Shown: one piece after another, positions 26,929-36,417 of the stretch | Layout: each line of letters starts with the position of its first letter | Position numbering within the stretch: position 1 is the first letter of the stretch | The notes under the pieces: model-generated | Told to the model about the DNA's origin: nothing | The model's database searches: none | Seen by the model: the letters and a program-made list of their open reading frames with translations, nothing else | Assembly (NCBI GenBank): GCA_004212155.1 | Contig: RXIG01000004.1 | Location: 1 to 64,000 of the forward strand | Length of the DNA: 64,000 bases | Direction of reading: 5' to 3' | From: an archaeon | Lineage (GTDB): Archaea > Methanobacteriota_B > Thermococci > Methanofastidiosales > NM3 | Translations under genes and position numbers: made by a program

Positions 26929-28026
26929 TCAATTGTTAGAATTGTTGGAGAACTTTTCGTTGTAGAACTGGCGCAGCAATGCATCGTACTGATCATCGGG
27001 GATCTTGCGACGGAAGTATGATTCCATCTCCATCAGGATCCTGTCCTTGCTCTTGTAGCGCTTGATGAGCTCCCTCTGTATAGGATTTCGTTCCTTGAGG
27101 CGAGAGAGGAAGGAGAACTGTCCCTTAATGGAGCTCCAGAACGTCCACATGAAGATGAGCGTCACCACCAAGAGCGCACCGATGATCTCAGCGTAATGAA
27201 GCATGGTCCATCGCGAGACCTCAGACTCCACGCTTCCATCATAGACCTTCTCGAATATCGAGTTCACTTCAGCATCCGTTTTTCCCTGGACGTGCTGTAT
27301 GTAGCGTGCTGAGCTCCATGTCGAGCTCTGGGACGTTCGCGTGCCATGGTAGATGTCTGCAAGCGTTTCGATCGATGTCTGCTCGTAGAGGCGTTCATAG
27401 ATCAGAAATGATTCTCTAAAATAGTAGGAGACCCTTTCAGGCTCGTCAGCGGCGTTGTCGGGCAGTTCATACCCATCAAGTGCGATCGTATCATCGAGTG
27501 CCGTATCACCGGTGAGGTATTCCCTGTACGCCGAGGCCTCGCTGTCGCGTCCTGCCTGCTCGAGTGCCCAGTAGGCGTTAAATGAGGATGTCCCCCAGTA
27601 TACCCATTCAGGTAGATCAGAGTTGCCCCGGTATATCCACATCTTTGAAAGGCCCCACACGGTCGAATCGATGGGATAGTCCACTGCGACCGTAAGCTCA
27701 TCAGATGACCTTCCGAGGGAGAAGGGGTAGTTGTTTTCCTCTGCCATGTCCGATATCCTAATCGTAATGGTGTCGTGTGGCGGGTCGTCGTCATAGGCCG
27801 CCCCGATGAAAGGCATGGTTTCTTCTACGAGCGTCATGGTCCTTTCAGCCCATTCCTTGTTGTCATCGCTGTAGAAGATGCGTACGCTTACATCGTCGCT
27901 TTGTATCTCAAGCGTCTTCTCGATGAACGGTTCGGAATCCTCGCTGAAAAAGTATGCCATAACAGCAGAAATGGCCATATAAATGATAAGAAAAAGAAGA
28001 ATTCGCTTTCCTAAACTTCTCGCCAT
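26929..28026 (-). CDS. Membrane protein with a degenerate M1/gluzincin-like ectodomain
   Basis: N- and C-terminal TM helices. TVWGLSKMW...LPEWVYWGTSSF parallels HExxHxW...PxWxxEG but lacks the zinc ligands. Confidence 0.6.
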   Translation of the reverse strand: MARSLGKRILLFLIIYMAISAVMAYFFSEDSEPFIEKTLEIQSDDVSVRIFYSDDNKEWAERTMTLVEETMPFIGAAYDDDPPHDTITIRISDMAEENNYPFSLGRSSDELTVAVDYPIDSTVWGLSKMWIYRGNSDLPEWVYWGTSSFNAYWALEQAGRDSEASAYREYLTGDTALDDTIALDGYELPDNAADEPERVSYYFRESFLIYERLYEQTSIETLADIYHGTRTSQSSTWSSARYIQHVQGKTDAEVNSIFEKVYDGSVESEVSRWTMLHYAEIIGALLVVTLIFMWTFWSSIKGQFSFLSRLKERNPIQRELIKRYKSKDRILMEMESYFRRKIPDDQYDALLRQFYNEKFSNNSNN

Positions 28027-28211
28027 TATGTATCTTGATGATGCATGCATTTATAAAATGTTTGCATGCGTTACGGCCATGGGCCCTCTCGTGGCGGTAA
28101 GGTGAGATTCAACGCCACGGGGTAAACGTTTAATATATCTTTTAATATATTCAAGCATCATACGTTCTTCCAGGTAAAATTAGATAAAGAACAATACTAG
28201 GGGTTCACATC

Positions 28212-29555
28212 ATGAAGCTATTTGGTACCTCAGGCATACGCGGCTTCTACGGGACCGAGGTGAATGAGGACCTTGCACTCAACGTTGGCAAGGCGATGGG
28301 CACACTCCTTGATGGCCCCGTAACGGTGGGGATGGACAGCAGATCCTCTGGAGAGGGCCTCAGGCACGCGCTCATCGCGGGTATCATATCACAGGGTAAC
28401 GACGTCTATGACGTTGGTCTTGCACCAACCCCGACGGTAGGCATCGCGCTTCAATCGTTCGGGTGCTGCGCAGGCGCCGTGATCACGGCCTCGCACAATC
28501 CGCCCGAGTATAATGGCATCAAAGTATGGGACCAAAAAGGGGTGGCATACCATTCCCTTGAGGCCGAGATCGAACGCGTCATCGACGAATCGTCGTATGG
28601 TCCATCGTCGTGGGATGGCCAGGGTAGAATACTCCTCGAGAGCGCTTCTGAGATCCACATGTCGCGCATCGAAGAGACCATATCGCTTGAACATGAATTT
28701 CGTGTCGCACTCGATTGTGGCTGCGGAGCCGGCAGCGTCGTCTCACCTTACCTGCTTGAGAGGATGGGCATGAACGTCGTGTCGCTTAACTGCCAGCCTT
28801 CGGGACGGTTTCCTCGTGGGCTGGAACCGAGCTGCGAGAACCTGTCCGCACTCTCCCATGCTGTTCGCTCCTACGATTGCGATATAGGTATCGCCCACGA
28901 TGGTGATGCTGACCGCATCGGTGCTGTGGATGAAAATGGTGAATTCATCGACTACGATGTGCTCCTTGCCCTCATGGCACGCTATGAATGCGAGCAGTCC
29001 TCATCCACGAATCCCGTCATCGTCTCGACGGTCGACAGTTCCCTTTCACTTGATATGTATCTTTCTGACTGCAATGCGTCGGTCTACCGTACGAAGGTGG
29101 GCGATGTAGCCCTTGCCCAGGATATCGTCAAGCGCGATGCGGTGTTTGGCGGCGAGCCAAGCGGCACCTGGATATTCCCCTCCCAGTGGCTAACGCCTGA
29201 CGGCATTCTGGCGGCCGTTAAGCTTCTTTCTATGAAGGATGACGGATACATGCTCGCAGATGAGCGAGAAAATGTGCCCTCCTTTTCCACGCTGAGAAAG
29301 AAAATCCCCCTCGCACGTATCGATAGGGATCGTTTCAGGTCGCTTTTACTCGAGGAACTCTCAACCGAGGAGTACGAGTCTCTCCTGACCATCGATGGCA
29401 TACGCGTCGAGTACGAGGATGCATGGGCCCTTTACCGTTTCTCAGGCACCGAACCGCTATTTCGGGTCACTGTCGAAGCCAGATCAGCCGATGAAGCACG
29501 CAAGCTGATGGAACGAGCTACCAACCATGTGGAGGGAGTATTACGAAAGCTGTGA
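28212..29555 (+). CDS. glmM: Phosphoglucosamine mutase / phosphohexomutase
   Basis: LFGTSGIRG, TASHNP, DGDADR, GGEPSG, SGTEP. Confidence 0.88.
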   Translation: MKLFGTSGIRGFYGTEVNEDLALNVGKAMGTLLDGPVTVGMDSRSSGEGLRHALIAGIISQGNDVYDVGLAPTPTVGIALQSFGCCAGAVITASHNPPEYNGIKVWDQKGVAYHSLEAEIERVIDESSYGPSSWDGQGRILLESASEIHMSRIEETISLEHEFRVALDCGCGAGSVVSPYLLERMGMNVVSLNCQPSGRFPRGLEPSCENLSALSHAVRSYDCDIGIAHDGDADRIGAVDENGEFIDYDVLLALMARYECEQSSSTNPVIVSTVDSSLSLDMYLSDCNASVYRTKVGDVALAQDIVKRDAVFGGEPSGTWIFPSQWLTPDGILAAVKLLSMKDDGYMLADERENVPSFSTLRKKIPLARIDRDRFRSLLLEELSTEEYESLLTIDGIRVEYEDAWALYRFSGTEPLFRVTVEARSADEARKLMERATNHVEGVLRKL

Positions 29556-30784
29556 TCTTGCTAGCAGGTCGAGGCGAGCGGTTGCAACCGTTAACGAACA
29601 CCCGCCCAAAGGGGCTCTTGCCCGTGGGCAACACCCCGCTTATCGACCACATCATCGAGGCCGTCTCGCCGTATGTCGATGAGTATGTGTTTGTCGTACA
29701 CCATCTTGAGGATATGATACGCCAGCACATGCAGGCACGACACCCTGCGCTCTCTATAACGTATCGCCGCCAGAAGGAGATGAACGGTACTGGTGATGCG
29801 CTTAAAAGTGCCGGTCACATCGACGAACCGTTCATATGCATCAACGGTGACATCTTCATAGAACGCGACTGTATCGATGCCCTGCTATCGGCCCATGCGG
29901 ATTCTAACCTGTCTGTGGTGACCGTCAAAGAGATGGAAAATGATGGTAGTTTCGGCAGCGTCATCGTTGAAGGCGGTACATTCAAGGGTATACGTGAAAA
30001 GGAACAGTCCCCCTCAGCGCTTGTAAACATCGGTGTCTACCTCTTTACGCCCGAGATATTCGATGCCCTGTCACGCATTTCCCCATCGCCCCGTGGCGAA
30101 TATGAGCTCACGGACGCGATATCGCTTATCGGGGAACGGGTAGCGGTGTCGCGCTATGGCGGCTACTGGAACGATATTGGGTACCCATGGTCGCTCCTTG
30201 ATGCAAACGAGCATGTCGTCTCAAAACAGGAACGCGCCATCACGGGCACAATCGAGAACGGCGCAACATGCATCGGCGACGTCGTCGTTGGAGAGGGTTC
30301 AGTCGTACGCAGCGGCGCATATATCATCGGCCCCGTACGCATCGGTGACCACTGCGACATAGGCCCAAACTGTTATGTCCGCCCCTTTACCACGATAGGC
30401 GACCACTGCCACGTCGGTAATGCGTCAGAGGTAAAAAACTCAGTGCTCTTTTCCCATACGAACGTGGCGCACCTCTCATATGTCGGGGACTCGATCATCG
30501 GCACCTCCTGCAATCTGGGCGCGGGGACGCTGGTGGCAAATCTGCGCCACAGGAAGGATGCAATAAAGATGGAGATAAAGGGAAAGCTCGTCTCGTCAGG
30601 AAGGCGCAAGCTTGGCGTTGTCATGGGCGATGAGACAAAGACGGGCATCAACGTCTCGATCTACGAGGGCAGAAAGATAGGTGACCACTGTGGCATTGGC
30701 CCCGGAGTGATCGTTGAGAAAAATGTAGATCCTTATACGTTTGTCATCACGAAGCAGGAAACGGTCACATTTCGGAGAGAATGA
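29540..30784 (+). CDS. glmU: Bifunctional sugar-1-phosphate nucleotidylyl/acetyltransferase (GlmU-like); start ATT 29540, ACG 29543 or GTG 29552
   Basis: KAVILLAGRGERLQPLT-RPK, RGEYELTD, hexapeptide repeats, HLSYVGDS, GRRKLG. Confidence 0.88.
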   Translation: MTKAVILLAGRGERLQPLTNTRPKGLLPVGNTPLIDHIIEAVSPYVDEYVFVVHHLEDMIRQHMQARHPALSITYRRQKEMNGTGDALKSAGHIDEPFICINGDIFIERDCIDALLSAHADSNLSVVTVKEMENDGSFGSVIVEGGTFKGIREKEQSPSALVNIGVYLFTPEIFDALSRISPSPRGEYELTDAISLIGERVAVSRYGGYWNDIGYPWSLLDANEHVVSKQERAITGTIENGATCIGDVVVGEGSVVRSGAYIIGPVRIGDHCDIGPNCYVRPFTTIGDHCHVGNASEVKNSVLFSHTNVAHLSYVGDSIIGTSCNLGAGTLVANLRHRKDAIKMEIKGKLVSSGRRKLGVVMGDETKTGINVSIYEGRKIGDHCGIGPGVIVEKNVDPYTFVITKQETVTFRRE

Positions 30785-31838
30785 GCGTCGAGTTCACATC
30801 GGCGTAGACGTCGATCTCCTTTCCCTCGATGTCATGCGTCTTGAACGGGTCGGCATCCATGAGTATGCGCTCGCCTATGGCTTCGATGAACAGTCTGTTG
30901 ACCTTTCCGAAGTATTGCGCATACTTGACCGTTCCTTGGATATGATTGGAATCGCTTGACTCCTCTTTTAGCTCCAAGTTCTCGGGGCGTATGGCTGCAT
31001 AGGCCGTCTGTCCCACGGAAAACGAGCTTTTCTTTCCCTCTTCGGCGACGCCAACGAACGTGTGTCCTGACTCCGTCTCGAGTTCGATGTAGTCGTCGAT
31101 GCTCCGGATCGTACCCTTGATGATGTTGCATTCTCCGATGAAGTCTGCGACGAACAGATTGTTCGGTACTGAGTAGATCTCGACGGGAGTGCCCACCTGC
31201 TGCACGATGCCCTTGTCTATGACGCTGAGCCTGTCGGAGATGGCAAGCGCCTCCTCCTGGTCATGGGTCACATAGATCGTCGTTATGCCAAGCCGTTTCT
31301 GGATGCGTGAGATCTCGTTACGCATCTCGATACGCAGCTTCGCATCGAGGTTGGAGAGCGGCTCGTCAAGCAACAGTACCTTCGGTTCGATAACAAGCGC
31401 GCGTGCAAGTGCGACGCGTTGTTGTTGTCCTCCAGAGAGTTGGTAAGGATACCGCTCCTCCATGCCCTTCAGGCGCACAAGCTCAAGGATCTCATAGACC
31501 TTCTCGTCGATGTCCTTTTTAGCCATCTTGCGTATCTTGAGCCCGTATGAGATGTTGTCAAAGACAGACATATGAGGCCATAACGCATAGTTTTGGAATA
31601 CCATGCCCGTTTCCCTGAGATTGGGGGGGATATGGGTCACTTCGAGATCATCGAAGAAGATCTTGCCATTTTCCGGAACATAGAATCCTGCAACGCATCG
31701 GAGCAGTGTCGTCTTGCCACACCCACTTGGACCCAGAAGCGTGAAGAGTTCCCCGTCCTCTATTTCAATGGAAACGTCATTGACGGCAACTACTTCGGTA
31801 AATTTTTTCGTGACATGCTCAAAACGTACTGTAACCAT
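30765..31838 (-). CDS. ABC importer ATPase (PotA/FbpC-like, TOBE domain)
   Basis: [28 protein letters not shown]. Confidence 0.94.
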   Translation of the reverse strand: MVTVRFEHVTKKFTEVVAVNDVSIEIEDGELFTLLGPSGCGKTTLLRCVAGFYVPENGKIFFDDLEVTHIPPNLRETGMVFQNYALWPHMSVFDNISYGLKIRKMAKKDIDEKVYEILELVRLKGMEERYPYQLSGGQQQRVALARALVIEPKVLLLDEPLSNLDAKLRIEMRNEISRIQKRLGITTIYVTHDQEEALAISDRLSVIDKGIVQQVGTPVEIYSVPNNLFVADFIGECNIIKGTIRSIDDYIELETESGHTFVGVAEEGKKSSFSVGQTAYAAIRPENLELKEESSDSNHIQGTVKYAQYFGKVNRLFIEAIGERILMDADPFKTHDIEGKEIDVYADVNSTLILSEM

Positions 31839-31965
31839 CTCACTACCCCTGCTGCTCGGCTGTATCTTCTTTCTGATTTCTGTTTAAAACTTTTTGGTAT
31901 ATTTTTTGTCGCATTCCTTTGTTGGACAAAAGCATATGGCATTGCCACCATCTTCATCGTCGGTG

Positions 31966-32862
31966 TCAATCGGAGGCCCGTTTTCTCCTATATGCCACCA
32001 TGCAACAGACGCAGATTGCCGCACCCAGGAGTATCAAGGGCATGGTGCTGGTATCGTTACATCCCTCGACCACCATGACCTGTTTACCTATGATCGTTTG
32101 TTTGTCAAGAGCCAATAGGACGTGCCACTCGCCTACGTCGTCAAACTCGATGCTGGTCTCAAGCGGCCGCTCGTACGTATCGCCTTTAGGCGTATGTATG
32201 ATGAAGTGAAGTGCGTGCGGCGTTTTCCCATGGAGACACCCCCCCTCTATGGGCACTGTTGTTCCGCATCGTACTTCCCTTGGTATGTTGATGTAGAGTG
32301 GGGCATCGAAGGTGTATGCCTCTATATTATTGGTAATCTCGTTCGTGTCCGCATTTCCAGCGTTCTCATCATCGACCAGTGTTGGTTTCGGATGGTCTGG
32401 TCCCTTTGACATTGCGCCCGCAGACTCGCTGACATTGATTGTCAGCTTGATCGTACCACTTGTCTGGAGATATGATACGGGTGTTGAAGGCGTTTGGTCC
32501 ATTTCACCGTCCCCATAACACGTAGCTACGAGATAGAGTTCATACGCACCCCCATACCCTTCATCAGCTTCTATGGCATATGATATGTCCGAATACCCGC
32601 CAGCTTTCACGGAAACGATGGCTGGCTCTATCGATACCCATGATGTCACATCCTTATACGGGCCAGTCGCCCGGATAGAAAAAAGTGCATCTTCGTTACC
32701 GGGATTGTGTATGCTAAACGAGCTAGAGTACGTGAACGGAAATGCATCTATGTCTATCTCGTGGTTGTTGCCAGAAATGCCGATGCCCATGTCGCAAAGG
32801 ACAAGGGGCGCGCTCGTGAGAAGAAGCATGACTGCCAGAAGGGGCGCTACCTTATTTGCCAT
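31966..32862 (-). CDS. Secreted, C-terminally anchored Ig-like protein (DUF916/PapD-like pattern)
   Basis: Signal peptide; FSIHNPGN...WVSIEP..VSVKAGG..I...GYGGAY; C-terminal TM with basic tail RRKR. Confidence 0.65.
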   Translation of the reverse strand: MANKVAPLLAVMLLLTSAPLVLCDMGIGISGNNHEIDIDAFPFTYSSSFSIHNPGNEDALFSIRATGPYKDVTSWVSIEPAIVSVKAGGYSDISYAIEADEGYGGAYELYLVATCYGDGEMDQTPSTPVSYLQTSGTIKLTINVSESAGAMSKGPDHPKPTLVDDENAGNADTNEITNNIEAYTFDAPLYINIPREVRCGTTVPIEGGCLHGKTPHALHFIIHTPKGDTYERPLETSIEFDDVGEWHVLLALDKQTIIGKQVMVVEGCNDTSTMPLILLGAAICVCCMVAYRRKRASD

Positions 32863-32891
32863 AGGATCACCAAAAATAAAGAAAGGGTAGA

Positions 32892-33923
32892 TCAGGCAGT
32901 CGAGCCAGATCCCCTCTCAAACGTGAACGTGCAAGCGCCGGCATATGTTCCGGCAGGCAAGCACGGTACCGTTGAACCCTGCAGTATGTCAATTGAAAAT
33001 GAGACCATCGTATCATCGTTGTCCGTGTATCCCGACACCGAAGGGTCGAGCGTACACGCTGTCGCATATACGTCCTCAAAGAAAGGTGTCGTGGATTCCG
33101 GCACCGGTTGAGGGGTATCATACCCTGCCGCAACGGTACCGCCCGCAGGCGCGGTCGCTGCCTGTGCGGAGATGTATGATGACGCATCGATCGACGCATC
33201 GCCGTTGACGAGGTCCGTTGCCTCAAACGATACGGTGATGTGCGTATTCGCGGTGATCGTGGGAGTGACGACGATTGGTGTATCAAGCGTCCACACATCT
33301 TCCGGCACCAACTCAGACGAACCGAGCGCTACGCTCGCTGGAAGTCCGCTCCATTCGATATAATCGTTGACGTCAAAGGTCGTTGTCAGGTCGGCGTTTA
33401 AGAGCCCGTAGGAGTCACACACCGTCACTCCTGCCGTCCATGCATTTTGCATCCCGGAGGGCATGGCCACCTTGTCAAGCGAGAACGCAAACGTTGCCTC
33501 GATGACGCTTGGAGCAGTGGCAGCGATGGATGAGTTCGATGGATTTACGTATCCCGCCGGTTGGCTGGTCCAGTCGCCTGTAGCCTTTGACCATGTAAGC
33601 GTGTAGTTGCAGCGCTTGTCGTGTGTACCGGGTTCTATCGTCCCGTTCCCAGAAAAATAGAGGTCGACGCTCACATATTCTAAGTCCTGCAACCCATTCT
33701 TTTCGATAAATGACGCTACGACATAATATTCCCTGTTCACATCGAGGCTTGACTGGGGCGTGCCCGAGTCGTCCTCGATCACTACCGTTTCGATGGATGG
33801 TTCAAAGGCCCCCACCTGCACGGAAGTGGTGACATCGTTCGAATCAGCCATCATCGACGGCATTATCATTGCCATCAAGACACATACCATGAGCCCTGTA
33901 GCAGCGTATGTCTTTTGATTCAT
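32892..33923 (-). CDS. Secreted beta-rich surface protein (WxL/pilin-like C-terminus)
   Basis: Signal peptide, Thr/Ser/Asp-rich, no anchor; ends in LPAGTYAGACTFTF. Confidence 0.65.
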   Translation of the reverse strand: MNQKTYAATGLMVCVLMAMIMPSMMADSNDVTTSVQVGAFEPSIETVVIEDDSGTPQSSLDVNREYYVVASFIEKNGLQDLEYVSVDLYFSGNGTIEPGTHDKRCNYTLTWSKATGDWTSQPAGYVNPSNSSIAATAPSVIEATFAFSLDKVAMPSGMQNAWTAGVTVCDSYGLLNADLTTTFDVNDYIEWSGLPASVALGSSELVPEDVWTLDTPIVVTPTITANTHITVSFEATDLVNGDASIDASSYISAQAATAPAGGTVAAGYDTPQPVPESTTPFFEDVYATACTLDPSVSGYTDNDDTMVSFSIDILQGSTVPCLPAGTYAGACTFTFERGSGSTA

Positions 33924-34035
33924 AATTATTCCTCCAATGGTGCATGGATTGTAATAACTTATTTTATAATAGAATATGATAATATTTTTCTATAACAATG
34001 CAAAAATAAAAAAATATCATGTACAAAGTGTGGTC

Positions 34036-34407
34036 ATGAAAAAAGGAGTTCTTCTCTACGGATTTGGCAAACATGACGCCGAAGACCTTAAAACACAGAT
34101 CGAACACGTTATTGCATCACCGGTGACGGCATGGGGCGCCCCACCTGACGACGAGACCGTGTTTCCCATACTCGAAGAGACCGTCGAGGGCCAGTTTGAA
34201 GACGCGCCTGATAGGTGTGTGATGTTTGTGGGATTCGAGGGGAGCGAGATACAGAAAGTGCTGCGCGCCGTCAAGTTTCCCCCGCCAGCGAGACCGCTCT
34301 TTTGCTGCCCTACTGAAACGAACGTCACATGGCCATTCTGGGAGCTGATAGAACATCTCAAGGAAGAACGAGAGGAGATAGAAAACAGTCGGGGCCACAG
34401 TTGTTAG
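34036..34407 (+). CDS. DUF3783-like small protein
   Basis: VLLYGF start; PLFCCPTETNVTWPFWELIEHLKEER matches the DUF3783 pattern. Confidence 0.75.
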   Translation: MKKGVLLYGFGKHDAEDLKTQIEHVIASPVTAWGAPPDDETVFPILEETVEGQFEDAPDRCVMFVGFEGSEIQKVLRAVKFPPPARPLFCCPTETNVTWPFWELIEHLKEEREEIENSRGHSC

Positions 34408-34652
34408 AGGAGGTATATTTGATACTGCTTGTGTGTGGCACATGGGCTGGCGGGCACCTCGTCGTATAGTTCCTTTTCGTCTGCCTTGAGCACAAGATAC
34501 ACATGAAGCGTATCGGCGGGTATTCCGTTGCATATGCCCGGCACGCCGCGGGCCCTCGTTTCGACCATGAACGTCCGGGGATCATCGGTCTCAAGAATGG
34601 AATCCGTGGGGTCGAGGTCCAGTGCCTCCCGAAGTGCTTCCTTGCGATTCAT
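34404..34652 (-). CDS. Hypothetical protein
   Basis: SD GGAGTGA before ATG 34652; 82 aa. Confidence 0.55.
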   Translation of the reverse strand: MNRKEALREALDLDPTDSILETDDPRTFMVETRARGVPGICNGIPADTLHVYLVLKADEKELYDEVPASPCATHKQYQIYLL

Positions 34653-34656
34653 CGGT

Positions 34657-35025
34657 TCACTCCGGGTATTTCTTGTCATACGTTTGCGCAAGATCTAGAA
34701 TGCAGTTGATATGAAGATGCAGGTGTGATACCAGCTCATTGGCTTTATTTTTGTATGGAGATTCGTTATCTTCATATAGTGCACGCAGGTGCAGATCGAG
34801 CATCTCTGCTATTCTCTCAAATTCTCGCGTGAGTGAAACGTAGGAATGATGAAGCGTCTTGTCAGTATGTTTCTGCCTGTATTCGCGCTTGAAAAGATTA
34901 TAAAACGTCTTAATCTTCTCCATCGAAGCTATCCCTGTTTGTGGGGATTTCTTCTTGTTGACAACTTCGTAGAGCGTTTCAACATCATCCTTTTCAATAT
35001 TTTCCAAGATCACAGAAAGTTGCAT
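34657..35025 (-). CDS. Hypothetical helical protein
   Basis: SD AGGTG before ATG 35025; protein-like composition. Confidence 0.6.
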   Translation of the reverse strand: MQLSVILENIEKDDVETLYEVVNKKKSPQTGIASMEKIKTFYNLFKREYRQKHTDKTLHHSYVSLTREFERIAEMLDLHLRALYEDNESPYKNKANELVSHLHLHINCILDLAQTYDKKYPE

Positions 35026-35071
35026 TGTCACACCTTGTGAAGCAATAAAAAAAGAAAAAAGAAAAAACGGA

Positions 35072-36061
35072 TTATTTCTTCATCATCGCGTAGGCAGCAC
35101 CTACGATTATTATGATGACGACAACGCCAATACCGAGATAGAGCATCGTGTTCGAACTTTCTTCCTCGGATTCCTGCCCCATCCATGCAAGCGTGTTCTC
35201 TAGAAGCGTTCCTCCATCGATGGTGAAGTTCTCCTTTTCAGAAGGTCCGTCCATGTTCATGTTCTTGTATGAAGAGAAGATTGCCTCGGCACTCACGACG
35301 ATCTTTGAAGATTCGTCTGCACCTGCCCTCTCCTCTACAGCCATAAGCACGAAAGGTCCGTTTGATCCTGCCTCGACACCGGGCGTCTTGAATCCTGTCA
35401 GTTGTGCGTCAACTGCGACTGAAGAGTCGCTAGAGGCCGCTATCCAATCAACGTTGTCAATGCTTTCAGTGTATAGGTTTACCGGATTGCCGTCCTTGAC
35501 ACCATAGAGGAACGTGGGGCCGTGGAACGTTTCATACGCCACTCCCTCCGTAATGGGGTGTGCGCTGTTCCAGTTCGAAGCGACAACTCGATAGGCCGCA
35601 CCATCGTTGTATGCCTCGTCTGGTTCCTCGACACTGTTGTTTTCAAGCATGATATGGGATCCCAGCTTTTGCAAGATGGTGTTCGTTGCAGGGATGTAGT
35701 CAGCGCCATCAAAATCGCTATCGCCGGCTATCCATACAGCCTTGTTACCGCTGTCAAACCATGTTTCTAGGGCATTGAGCTCCGCTTCGGAGTATGATAC
35801 GCCCATCGGTACCGGTATAAGTATCATATCAGCGTCTGACAGTACATCTGCCGTAATCTCATCAGTGACCACTTCGACGGTATATCCCATCGCTTCCAGT
35901 TTCTCTGGCACATTCTCGAAGTCTCCCGCATGACGTGTTTCATGCGCAAGGTCCAACACGACCTTGTGGGCCTCTGTGCCGTCCTGTGCACTGGCCGAAG
36001 CCACCATTGAGAAAAGCAGGGCAAATAATACGAACAAGGATGCCAATCTTTTCAAGTTCAA
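35072..36061 (-). CDS. Surface protein, DUF4350/GldG-like (class I GATase-like fold) with C-terminal TM anchor
   Basis: VVLDLAHE, WIAGDSDF, FHGP; signal peptide; TTG start with SD GAGGTGA. Confidence 0.75.
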   Translation of the reverse strand: MNLKRLASLFVLFALLFSMVASASAQDGTEAHKVVLDLAHETRHAGDFENVPEKLEAMGYTVEVVTDEITADVLSDADMILIPVPMGVSYSEAELNALETWFDSGNKAVWIAGDSDFDGADYIPATNTILQKLGSHIMLENNSVEEPDEAYNDGAAYRVVASNWNSAHPITEGVAYETFHGPTFLYGVKDGNPVNLYTESIDNVDWIAASSDSSVAVDAQLTGFKTPGVEAGSNGPFVLMAVEERAGADESSKIVVSAEAIFSSYKNMNMDGPSEKENFTIDGGTLLENTLAWMGQESEEESSNTMLYLGIGVVVIIIIVGAAYAMMKK

Positions 36062-36417
36062 CTGCTTTCACCTCGTTGAGACATTATTAAAAAATATCCC
36101 ATGTTACTCTTGATTGAAAGTTATATAAATTTTTCTTCATATCAACGCCATGGCATATATTCCCATTCGTGATATATGGTTAGAATTTGTTATTTTTGCT
36201 TAAAATATTGTTTATTTTATATACTATCATCCTAGTTCTGAAATACCGATCAAATGATCATGAAGACCTCTATACACCAATGATCAACTGAGCCCCCACT
36301 ATTTAAAGCTTGAACTTTCTTTTCATATTTTGGACTTACTATGGAAAGCGTTCTCGTGAAAGCTCTACTCCAAAAATTATAAATACTTTACATAAGATGA
36401 GAATGTGGTGTTTGCTC

